Shown here: positions 23,499-30,797 of the stretch, piece by piece
Layout: the number at the start of each line of letters is the position of its first letter
Numbering within the stretch: the stretch's first letter is position 1
DNA from: an uncultured Candidatus Saccharibacteria bacterium
GTDB taxonomy: Bacteria > Patescibacteriota > Minisyncoccia > Phycocordibacterales > SBAW01
Assembly (NCBI GenBank): GCA_964615415.1
Contig: CAZTNI010000001.1
Coordinates: 176,746-240,745, forward strand
Length of the DNA stretch: 64,000 nt
Direction of reading: 5' to 3'
Notes under the pieces: generated by a model
What the model was told of the DNA's origin: nothing
The model's database searches: none
What the model saw: only the letters and a program-made list of their open reading frames with translations
Program-made: the position numbers and the translations under genes

Positions 23499-23900
23499 CT
23501 AATCTTCGGCATCTGGAATTTCACCGAAGGGTTTTCCAAAGAAGCGCTCGGTGTCCTCGATGAGTTGTTGAAATTCTCTGCTACTGCGTTGCTCGCGTGC
23601 CAAGTTTTGGTAATGGTTACCGACGGGCGGGGCACCAACACCATCTCGTAACCATTCCTCACTGCACTTCAGATGTGCGGCGCACATCTTGATGAGTGTA
23701 GGTTGAATATGAATCGGGGCTACGATAAAACCCTTTTCTTCCCATCTTGTCCATACAGATGGTAAGAAGCCTAAAGCAGCTGCGCAGCCTGCTACACGTT
23801 CCTCGCGTTGTTCGCGAGCGTAGCGCAACCGACCTTGCACGGTAGTGAGGTCAAGTCCGGGCGTCACAGTAACAATAGTTGTTAAGGGGGTGTCACTCAC
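23499..23900 (-). CDS. hypothetical protein
   Basis: GTG start 6 nt after AGGAG. The longer ORF up to 24056 is rejected because it runs into the tmRNA and its terminator. Confidence 0.45.
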   Translation of the reverse strand: MSDTPLTTIVTVTPGLDLTTVQGRLRYAREQREERVAGCAAALGFLPSVWTRWEEKGFIVAPIHIQPTLIKMCAAHLKCSEEWLRDGVGAPPVGNHYQNLAREQRSSREFQQLIEDTERFFGKPFGEIPDAED

Positions 23901-23968
23901 TGCAAGCTCCTGTGGTGTTTCGTCTGCATGTACCTTATCGAGAGGAAGATTTTTTGTAAAGCAATCAA

Positions 23969-24006
23969 AAAGAAAAAACCGCCAAATGGCGGCTTTTCTT
24001 TTTATG
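23969..24006 (-). terminator. intrinsic terminator of ssrA
   Basis: Hairpin CCGCCAAATGGCGG followed by a T-run on the minus strand, directly after the tmRNA 3' end. Confidence 0.75.
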
Positions 24007-24380
24007 TGGAAGTGGGCGGAGTTGAACCGCCGTGCAACACAAGTCCTCGTACACATCTACAGAAGATAGACTATCTTATTTTCTTGGACTCAATCGTAAG
24101 AGATAGACAGAATAAAATTGAGCTGCAGCTTCATAGTTTCAATTACTGAGCGAAGCGGTTCTCAGTAACTAGAGCCTGAAATATAACACTCGGTCTCCAT
24201 ACTCAGACACTCTGGAGCGAATGTGATTATGCGCGCGCTGTTGCGAACGATAGATCATTCACCGAGAAATACGGTGATTTAACTGATTTTGCAGTTATGG
24301 TTTGGCACATTTTTAAGAAGGTATGCCACTTCTCTCCTGCATGTAGGAAGATAATTGTATTGTCTAAGCCTGTCACTCCC
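24007..24380 (-). ncRNA. ssrA: transfer-messenger RNA (tmRNA, SsrA)
   Basis: Minus strand 5' GGGAGUG ... GUGUACGAGGACUUGUGUUGCACGGCGGUUCAACUCCGCCCACUUCCA 3'. T-arm GGCGG-UUCAACU-CCGCC identical to the E. coli tmRNA T-loop. Acceptor pairing GGGAGUG/CACUUCC with a G3:U70 wobble (Ala identity). CCA not encoded. Lies downstream of smpB on the same strand. Candidate tag ORF GCA (nt 89) ... ends FATARA-TAA at 24227-24229. Confidence 0.8.
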
Positions 24381-24559
24381 CGAAGTAGCACAAAAGATTT
24401 CCGGGCACTAAGTCGAGCGCGACGGCGCGAGACAGAGAAATTTCTTAGCAAAGAAATTTCGGTGACCGAGAATCTTTTGTGCTACATCGGGAAGGGCCTA
24501 GAGAATAAGTGTTCAAATGTGGCGGGGAACATATACGCGTTCCCCGCAGTATGGAAAGG

Positions 24560-24937
24560 TTAGTCGTCGGGATGGAAGATGTAGTCCTCGGACCCGAGAC
24601 AGTACTCCTCGAGGTCGTCCTCCGGAGCTTCCGCTTCCGGATTGGTCGAGTCGAGAAGGCCTGCGGCGATACGGTCGAGCGGATCGAGTACTTCGTCCTC
24701 GACGAGATCGTCGTCCGGGCAGTCGTCGCACTCGTGGTGAACGCGAGCGTGCGCACCGTGGCCGTCGAAGTGCATCTCGAAGCGAGCCTCGTGGTCGTCG
24801 ATGCGAGACTCCTGCTCCGCGTGTCTCCGGAGCGTTGCCGCATGACGTTGCGCCTTGCGACGCTCCTTCTCCGCCCAGGAGAGTCTCCTGTGCGAGCGGG
24901 GTTGGTCGTCTTCTTGCGTTCCGTACTGTCCGTACAA
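24560..24937 (-). CDS. acidic Cys/His-containing small protein between smpB and ssrA (GC-rich gene)
   Basis: TTG start 5 nt after ribosome-binding site AAAGGAGGA. HHECDDCPDDD motif. About 62% GC, so several artefactual ORFs in other frames. Confidence 0.45.
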   Translation of the reverse strand: MYGQYGTQEDDQPRSHRRLSWAEKERRKAQRHAATLRRHAEQESRIDDHEARFEMHFDGHGAHARVHHECDDCPDDDLVEDEVLDPLDRIAAGLLDSTNPEAEAPEDDLEEYCLGSEDYIFHPDD

Positions 24938-24992
24938 CTTTTCCTCCTTTGGTTCTTTTCCAAATTGTGGCGCACACGCCACATTTGAACAC

Positions 24993-25436
24993 TTATTCGT
25001 TTTTCAATGTCCTGCGCATTTCGCGCTCCGTGTCCCGCTTCTTTAAGACGGCACGTTTGTCGAATGCTTTCCGACCGCGCGCGGCTGCCACGCGCAGCTT
25101 TAATACATCTCCTTTATTATACACCGAAAGTGGCACTACTGTCAAGCCTTTTTGACCCTCATATTCGGCCAGTTTTTCTATCTCCTCCTTGGTGAGGAGT
25201 AGTTTGCGGCTGCGCTCTGGGTCGTAGTCGGTTGGCGTGTTTGCTGCCTGGTAGGGTGGCACCGACATGCCTACTATATATGCTTCGCCGCCGCGTACTA
25301 TTATATGCGCGCCGTCTAATTTTCCGTTCCCTCCACGCAGCGACTTTACTTCGAAGCCAAGGAGCTCTAAGCCCGCCTCGAATTCCTCGAGGACCTCGTA
25401 GTTAAGTCGCGCTTTTTTGTTCTCTATAAGAGACAT
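24993..25436 (-). CDS. smpB: SsrA-binding protein SmpB
   Basis: MSLIENKKARLNYEVLEEFEAGLELLGFEVKSLR ... typical SmpB N-terminus. Confidence 0.95.
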   Translation of the reverse strand: MSLIENKKARLNYEVLEEFEAGLELLGFEVKSLRGGNGKLDGAHIIVRGGEAYIVGMSVPPYQAANTPTDYDPERSRKLLLTKEEIEKLAEYEGQKGLTVVPLSVYNKGDVLKLRVAAARGRKAFDKRAVLKKRDTEREMRRTLKNE

Positions 25437-25464
25437 GCGCTCAGTATACCGCTATAGCACAAAA

Positions 25465-25473
25465 TGCTATACT
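25465..25473 (+). promoter_or_regulatory. extended -10 box TGCTATACT, 9 nt upstream of the ftsH ATG
   Basis: TGCTATACT-gcccctaca-ATG. Confidence 0.5.
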
Positions 25474-25482
25474 GCCCCTACA

Positions 25483-27435
25483 ATGCCAGAACAAAAAGAT
25501 ACCCAGGGTGGACCGGGGAACAAGCGCGGTCCTCGTAAACTGCCTCCTGTACCGAAGATGCCGCGTGGCGATTCCTTTTGGATTAACTTCGCTATGAGCG
25601 TCGTGCTCTTCTTGCTGCTTGCAGGGGCGTATACGTACTTTGTAGGTGCAGGGAAAGATACGCCGGAAGACATTCCTGTTTCGCAGCTTGCGACCGACAT
25701 TGTCGCAGGAAAGGTGACCACTATCGTTGTGGATGGCGACAACCTCGACATTACCTACGCGGACAAGACAGAAAAAACATCTAAAAAGGAGCCTGACACC
25801 GCGCTTACCGAAACACTCACTAACTATGGCGTATCGACACAAGCGCTCGGCAAAGTTGCCATCGACATTAAACGCCAAAGTTCGTGGCAGTTTTGGTTGA
25901 CCGCACTCGCTCCGTTTTTAGCACCGCTTCTCTTGATCGGATTCTTTATCTGGTACCTCTCGCGACAAGTGCGCGGCGCAGGCGTACAGGCATTCTCTTT
26001 CGGCCAGAGTAAGCCACGCTTAATCGACCCGAACGATGCGGGGCAGCGTGTCACGTTTAAAGATGTTGCAGGTGCAAAGGAAGCAAAAGTAGAATTGCTC
26101 GAAATCGTCGACTTCCTGCGTAATCCAAAGAAATTCCTCGACATTGGCGCGCGTATTCCGAAAGGTATTCTGTTGATGGGTGCGCCAGGTACGGGCAAGA
26201 CTTTGCTTGCGCGCGCAGTTGCGGGCGAGGCAGGTGTGCCGTTTTTCTCTATCTCAGGATCAGAATTCGTTGAGATGTTTGTGGGCGTTGGTGCATCCCG
26301 CGTGCGCGACCTCTTTTTAACTGCAAAGAAGGCGGCGCCAGCGATTATCTTCGTCGACGAAATTGATGCCGTTGGCCGCGTGCGTGGTACGGGTGTGGGC
26401 GGTGGTAACGATGAACGCGAACAAACTTTGAACCAGATTCTTGTCGAGATGGACGGCTTTGAGCCGAATGAAAAAGTTATCGTTATGGCGGCGACGAACC
26501 GTCCTGATGTCCTGGACCCCGCACTCCTTCGTCCGGGCCGCTTCGACCGTCGCGTGTTTATTGACCTTCCGGACCGTACGGACCGCCTTGAAATCCTTAC
26601 TATCCATGCACGCAAGAAGCCACTTGCAGAAGACGTTAACCTTGAGGTGATTGCAGAGCGCACGCCAGGTTTCTCTGGTGCCGACCTCTACTCCTTGATG
26701 AACGAAGGTGCGATTCTTGCGGCGCGCGAAAACCGCAAAACCGTTGCGCAGTTCGACCTCATCCGCTCTATTGAAAAAGTGATGCTCGGTCCGGAACGCC
26801 GCTCGCATGTCTTAAATAAAAAAGAGAAGGAAATTACTGCCTATCACGAAGCTGGCCACGCGCTTGTCGCGTCGGTGCTTCCATACGCAGATCCGGTACA
26901 TAAAATTTCTATCATCAGTCGTGGTCGCGCTGGCGGCTACACGCTAAAGCTTCCATTCGATGACCGTAAGCTCCAAAGTAAGCGTGAGTTCCTCGACGAT
27001 ATTGCAATGTCACTTGGTGGATACGTTGCAGAGCGTGAAGTCTTTGGCGATGTTACGACTGGACCATCAAACGACTTGCAAGTGTTGACCGCGCTTGCGC
27101 GTGACATGGTGACTCGTTACGGCATGTCGGAAAAAATGGGCACGGTAGCACTTACGGGTGATGGTGGTCGCGCCATGTTTGGTAGTGGTGTCGAAGGTAA
27201 AGAACACTCGGACAAAGTATCTGCAGAAATTGATAGTGAGGTAAAGCGCATTGTTGACGAGGCGTACGACAAAGCGACAAAGATTGTAAAAGACTACCGT
27301 CACGTGCTTGATGCTATCGCGAAGCGACTTGTTGAAGTAGAAAATATTGAACGCGAAGAATTTGAAACTATTCTTGTTGCGCACGGGATCCAGCCGAAAC
27401 GCAAACAAGACATAGAGCATCAGCCGATCGTATAG
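25483..27435 (+). CDS. ftsH: ATP-dependent zinc metalloprotease FtsH
   Basis: Two N-terminal TM segments. AAA Walker [24 protein letters not shown]. Second-region-of-homology motif. HEAGHALV zinc site. Confidence 0.95.
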   Translation: MPEQKDTQGGPGNKRGPRKLPPVPKMPRGDSFWINFAMSVVLFLLLAGAYTYFVGAGKDTPEDIPVSQLATDIVAGKVTTIVVDGDNLDITYADKTEKTSKKEPDTALTETLTNYGVSTQALGKVAIDIKRQSSWQFWLTALAPFLAPLLLIGFFIWYLSRQVRGAGVQAFSFGQSKPRLIDPNDAGQRVTFKDVAGAKEAKVELLEIVDFLRNPKKFLDIGARIPKGILLMGAPGTGKTLLARAVAGEAGVPFFSISGSEFVEMFVGVGASRVRDLFLTAKKAAPAIIFVDEIDAVGRVRGTGVGGGNDEREQTLNQILVEMDGFEPNEKVIVMAATNRPDVLDPALLRPGRFDRRVFIDLPDRTDRLEILTIHARKKPLAEDVNLEVIAERTPGFSGADLYSLMNEGAILAARENRKTVAQFDLIRSIEKVMLGPERRSHVLNKKEKEITAYHEAGHALVASVLPYADPVHKISIISRGRAGGYTLKLPFDDRKLQSKREFLDDIAMSLGGYVAEREVFGDVTTGPSNDLQVLTALARDMVTRYGMSEKMGTVALTGDGGRAMFGSGVEGKEHSDKVSAEIDSEVKRIVDEAYDKATKIVKDYRHVLDAIAKRLVEVENIEREEFETILVAHGIQPKRKQDIEHQPIV

Positions 27436-27440
27436 ACTAC

Positions 27441-27525
27441 ATAAAACTCCTCCTGAAAAAGTCCTCGGTTCTCCCGTATCGGCTCGGAGCCTCTCGGGCC
27501 AGACTATTTTCATGAGGAGTTTTAT
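27441..27525 (+). repeat. palindromic repeat element, copy B
   Basis: Outer inverted repeat ATAAAACTCCTCCTGAAAAA / TTTTCATGAGGAGTTTTAT. Core GTCCTCGGTTCTCC at 27461-27474. GGCCAGAC at 27497-27504. Begins 6 nt after the ftsH stop. Confidence 0.7.
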
Positions 27526-27544
27526 TCTGTCTGTGAAATAGAAA

Positions 27545-27572
27545 GATCCCCCGGCCAAAAGGTCGGGGGATC
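27545..27572. terminator. intrinsic terminator
   Basis: Hairpin GATCCCCCGGCC-AAAAG-GTCGGGGGATC. Confidence 0.7.
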
Positions 27573-27576
27573 AGTG

Positions 27577-28251
27577 TTAACGAAGAGCGAGTTGGACAGC
27601 GTCCAGGTCGTGGAGGTTGCGCGGAGGATTCTCCGCGATCTCCAGGTAGAGGTAGCTTCCGGGGATTCCCGGGCCACTCCCTGGGTCGCCGATGGGGTCG
27701 CCGCGAACGACGACCACCAGGCGGCAGCCGGTGTCGGTGCTGGCGATCGCTGCGGGCGAACGGCCGGCGTTGTAGACGACGACCGGCAGCTCGAACTCCG
27801 CCGCAACAACCGATGCCATCTGGCCGCCACCGCTGTGGGCAGTCAGGAAGACATGGTAGCCGGGGTAGGTGTCAAGCACCTCCGCAACGAAGTCTGTTGC
27901 GTGTGGCGATGCACCTCCGTGCACGAGCCGTCGGACACCTGCCACAAGCAGGTCGCCCGCGCTGAGGTTGTCGATCGCCACGACCACGGTACGGGTCGTG
28001 CTGTTGACGAACGCTGCGGCATGGAAGGCCGAGCGGTCCACCTCGAGCGTCCGCTCGAAGCCGCTCGGGGAACCCGAAGGGCCGTCGACGGCGAGAACAA
28101 ACGGCAGGAACGACCTCGCGGTCGTCAGTCGAGCGTTCTCGCTCGTGAGCGAGAAGTAGGGGCCTGCGGACGTAACTCCGCAGGTGGTGCTGGCGAGCGC
28201 CGGAGTCGCGAGTGCGACCACGGCAATAAAAGCATAGAAAAGCTTGCGCAT
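27577..28251 (-). CDS. secreted alpha/beta-hydrolase (class 3 lipase-like), very GC-rich gene
   Basis: Signal peptide MRKLFYAFIAVVALATPALA. Nucleophile-elbow-like FLTAHSGGGQMAS. About 65% GC versus about 48% background. The overlapping plus-strand ORF is regarded as an artefact. Confidence 0.55.
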   Translation of the reverse strand: MRKLFYAFIAVVALATPALASTTCGVTSAGPYFSLTSENARLTTARSFLPFVLAVDGPSGSPSGFERTLEVDRSAFHAAAFVNSTTRTVVVAIDNLSAGDLLVAGVRRLVHGGASPHATDFVAEVLDTYPGYHVFLTAHSGGGQMASVVAAEFELPVVVYNAGRSPAAIASTDTGCRLVVVVRGDPIGDPGSGPGIPGSYLYLEIAENPPRNLHDLDAVQLALR

Positions 28252-28379
28252 TCGCGCCTCCTTGTTGGATTGATTGAAAAGGTCCTAGCGAACCGCACAG
28301 GAACCTACTTTTTAGACTACACTATTTTGTATAAAAAGTCAAGCCCCTCTCGCCACTAAGGACGGAGGGGCTTGTAAGC

Positions 28380-29300
28380 TTACGCAGCAAGCAGTTGAAT
28401 GCCGCGGTCGATGTCTTCAAATACAGCCGGGTCCTTGTGGTCGTAGTACGCGGTTGCGACTCCGACACCTCGGCAGCCTCGTGCAAAGAAGGGTTCGGCT
28501 GTAGACCAGCCTCGAATGCCGCCGAGACCCACAACACCGTAGCGTCCTTCGGAAAACTGTACGAAGTCTGCTGCGTTTTCGAGTGCGAGCTCATGGAGCG
28601 CGGTGCCACCGACCCCGCCCCAGCCATTGTTGACTCCAAGTGCAGGCGTTCCATCTGGTTTCAGTAACCGGCCCCGCTTGGTGTTGCTGGTACTGAGTAG
28701 CCGCACTTGCGGACACCTCAATACGACAGATGCGATTTCCTTGCGCAACTGGCGGTCAGTGTATGGTGGAAGTTTTAGCGACAGTTCGACATGCGGTGCA
28801 GCGGCATATGTTTCGTGCAAGATGGCGTCGACCTTGTCGGGATTTTCTCCCGGAGGTGTCGCTAATTCGCCTGGTCGAGCGGCGCTGTTAAAGCACCCTA
28901 GGTCGAATTCGATAAGCATCTGCACATCAATGCCGACGCGGCGTGCTCCGTTCGCTGCACTGTGTGCTGCATCCGCCATCATCGCAAATTCTTCAGGTGT
29001 GTCTGCATACACACTGGCGACAAACACTTTTTTTACGTGTGCAACTATTGCTGCCATGTAAGAAATAGTGGCTGTCATGGCGTGCATGCCGCGGTTGCCG
29101 AGGTTCTTCCCGTTGATCGACGTGCCATCAGGTAAGACAACAAAGTCCGTCCCGGTAGCGTTGTGTGGTCGGGGCTCGGGTGTGTGCGTCTTCAAGACGA
29201 CGTGGGTAAGAGAAGGAATTGCGAGAAGCTTTCGCAGCTCTCCAACATCTTCGGCTGGACCGGCGCCGTTCATGAGGAAGTAACGAGGCAGTTCGAACAT
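28380..29300 (-). CDS. dihydroorotate dehydrogenase-like TIM-barrel flavoenzyme
   Basis: N-terminal MNGAGP and C-terminal VGLGGIRGWSTAEPFFARGCRGVGVATAYY match the DHOD/DHPD family pattern. Confidence 0.55.
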   Translation of the reverse strand: MFELPRYFLMNGAGPAEDVGELRKLLAIPSLTHVVLKTHTPEPRPHNATGTDFVVLPDGTSINGKNLGNRGMHAMTATISYMAAIVAHVKKVFVASVYADTPEEFAMMADAAHSAANGARRVGIDVQMLIEFDLGCFNSAARPGELATPPGENPDKVDAILHETYAAAPHVELSLKLPPYTDRQLRKEIASVVLRCPQVRLLSTSNTKRGRLLKPDGTPALGVNNGWGGVGGTALHELALENAADFVQFSEGRYGVVGLGGIRGWSTAEPFFARGCRGVGVATAYYDHKDPAVFEDIDRGIQLLAA

Positions 29301-29364
29301 CTGTACGCTCCTTCGAGTTAAGAACAGTTTCTAACAAAAGATCATACTTGCATACAGATAAAAA

Positions 29365-29373
29365 TGCTACACT
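29365..29373 (+). promoter_or_regulatory. extended -10 box TGCTACACT
   Basis: 23 nt upstream of ATG 29397. Confidence 0.45.
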
Positions 29374-29396
29374 AAGGCTTTAGAAGCTCTCGTTAC

Positions 29397-29687
29397 ATGA
29401 GCTCCGATCAGCAACAGAAAGGAGTCTTGCTAATGCATACGATTACGCTGCGTCCAGAAAAAGCTGACGCAATCGTGCCGCGCTTGGTGCGGATCACCGA
29501 CCGACACTCTATCAGAGTGAAGGTCGAAGGAGGGCTCTCGCCCCAGAGTGCTTACGCACAATGCTTGCTCCAAGGGTCGTTGCGCAAACTCGGCTCCGAA
29601 GGGAAAGCAATTCATGGTCGAGGACCAGATATCCTCGAAAAAAAGATGCATGAATGGCAGCCGGGTGGATTCCTGGTGACGCAATAA
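29397..29687 (+). CDS. hypothetical protein
   Basis: 96-aa ORF followed by a terminator at 29710. Confidence 0.45.
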   Translation: MSSDQQQKGVLLMHTITLRPEKADAIVPRLVRITDRHSIRVKVEGGLSPQSAYAQCLLQGSLRKLGSEGKAIHGRGPDILEKKMHEWQPGGFLVTQ

Positions 29688-29709
29688 ATAAAGCCCTCTT
29701 CGTTTTCTT

Positions 29710-29740
29710 GGCCGCACACTCGCGGCCTTCTCTTTTTGTT
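29710..29740 (+). terminator. intrinsic terminator
   Basis: Hairpin GGCCGCACACTCGCGGCC followed by TTCTCTTTTTGTTG. Confidence 0.7.
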
Positions 29741-29819
29741 GTCAAAATTTACAGGCATGTTAAAGTTTGTTTTTGGAAGATCTACATTGAAACCGGCTAT
29801 AACAAAGGAGATGTAGCCA

Positions 29820-30002
29820 GTGGTCACTGCTTGGGGCGAAGAACTATCAGAGAAGCAAGTCGACACGCTCCTTTCCAAGGAGTACAGGAGGGAACACAAG
29901 AGCGATCCTCCATCTACGCTTAATCTCCGTCGACACTTTGCTAGGGTTACGGGTCTGGAAATTCCAATACTCGTATCAGCCCTCATAGGGATAGCTTCCT
30001 AG
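29820..30002 (+). CDS. small hypothetical protein (60 aa)
   Basis: GTG start 9 nt after ribosome-binding site AAAGGAG. Terminator immediately downstream. Confidence 0.35.
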   Translation: MVTAWGEELSEKQVDTLLSKEYRREHKSDPPSTLNLRRHFARVTGLEIPILVSALIGIAS

Positions 30003-30014
30003 TACGTGTGCGTT

Positions 30015-30050
30015 AGCGCCCTCCAATCCTGGAGGGCGCTTTGATTTTTA
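30015..30050 (+). terminator. intrinsic terminator
   Basis: Hairpin AGCGCCCTCC-AATCCT-GGAGGGCGCT followed by TTGATTTTTA. Confidence 0.7.
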
Positions 30051-30106
30051 TGGCGAGGCTTGATAGGCTGCGGGCAGATTCCATAGGGTTCAAAAAGAGG
30101 TGTGCT

Positions 30107-30586
30107 ATGAAAGCTGAAGACCGCCTAAAGATCGCTTTTGCAATTTCGGGTTGGCCCGAGAGTTCGGGTGTGCGAATCAAAACAACTGCTCCCACAGGAG
30201 TGTATATATCCAGTAAAAATAGGGAAGCTGCACAGTGGCACTTTCCGCGAGTAGTAGTTTCGTTTGTAAGAATGCTCGAGTTGCTGAAACCGGAAGACGG
30301 CGGAGGCCTCACCTACTCGCAGGTGAATTGGGACAAAGCTCTTGTCGATGGGGTGGGAGAGTTGGAGATACGCGTAACGAGCGCAAATGAAATGTCAGAG
30401 ATAATGCGAACAGGTACTCCTCAAATTATAGCTCCCGTCGAAAAACTTAGGATAGAGGAATGGAATGGTCCTCAGGGCGGAGTGTTCTTTATGGGGTGGG
30501 ACCTGCCTGGAGATAAGATGGATAAATGGTTGGTGGAATCAGTGACCCAAGACCTTGGACTCCCTAAGCCTCCGCAGACTCCTTAG
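30107..30586 (+). CDS. hypothetical protein
   Basis: Ribosome-binding site AGAGGTG 4 nt before ATG 30107. Confidence 0.5.
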   Translation: MKAEDRLKIAFAISGWPESSGVRIKTTAPTGVYISSKNREAAQWHFPRVVVSFVRMLELLKPEDGGGLTYSQVNWDKALVDGVGELEIRVTSANEMSEIMRTGTPQIIAPVEKLRIEEWNGPQGGVFFMGWDLPGDKMDKWLVESVTQDLGLPKPPQTP

Positions 30587-30602
30587 TTTTTGTTTTTACT
30601 CT

Positions 30603-30630
30603 CCGGCCAGAAATGGCCGGAATTTTTTTG
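30603..30630 (+). terminator. intrinsic terminator
   Basis: Hairpin CCGGCC-AGAAAT-GGCCGG followed by AATTTTTTT. Confidence 0.7.
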
Positions 30631-30702
30631 TGGGCGCGGCAGGGATCGAACCTGCGACCAGTCGTGTATAAGACGACGGCTCTACCACTGAGCTACGCGC
30701 CC
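30631..30702 (-). tRNA. tRNA-Ile with anticodon UAU (reads AUA)
   Basis: Minus strand GGGCGCG-UA-GCUC-AGUGGUA-GAGC-C-GUCGU-CUUAUAC-ACGAC-UGGUC-GCAGG-UUCGAUC-CCUGC-CGCGCCC-A. All four stems are perfect. CCA not encoded. Confidence 0.85.
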
Positions 30703-30797
30703 GAGTGAGGAACAAAGAATACAAGCTAGCTTGTATTCTTGCCGAACGAGGGCATGTATCGAAGATACGCGCCCATTCGCATCACTATATCGTACCG

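Noticed and set aside
23499-24056. Full-length 185-aa minus-strand ORF
   Set aside because: Its 5' third overlaps the tmRNA 3' end and its terminator. It was trimmed to the GTG at 23898-23900, which has an AGGAG ribosome-binding site.
24513-25155. Arg/Pro-rich ORFs (159-212 aa) in other frames across the smpB-ssrA insert
   Set aside because: Frame artefacts of the GC-rich insert. Only the acidic frame has a strong ribosome-binding site next to a start codon.
27574-28359. 261-aa plus-strand ORF overlapping the lipase-like gene
   Set aside because: About 65% GC region where all frames stay open. The minus-strand ORF has a signal peptide and a nucleophile-elbow-like motif, while the plus ORF has no ribosome-binding site or motifs.
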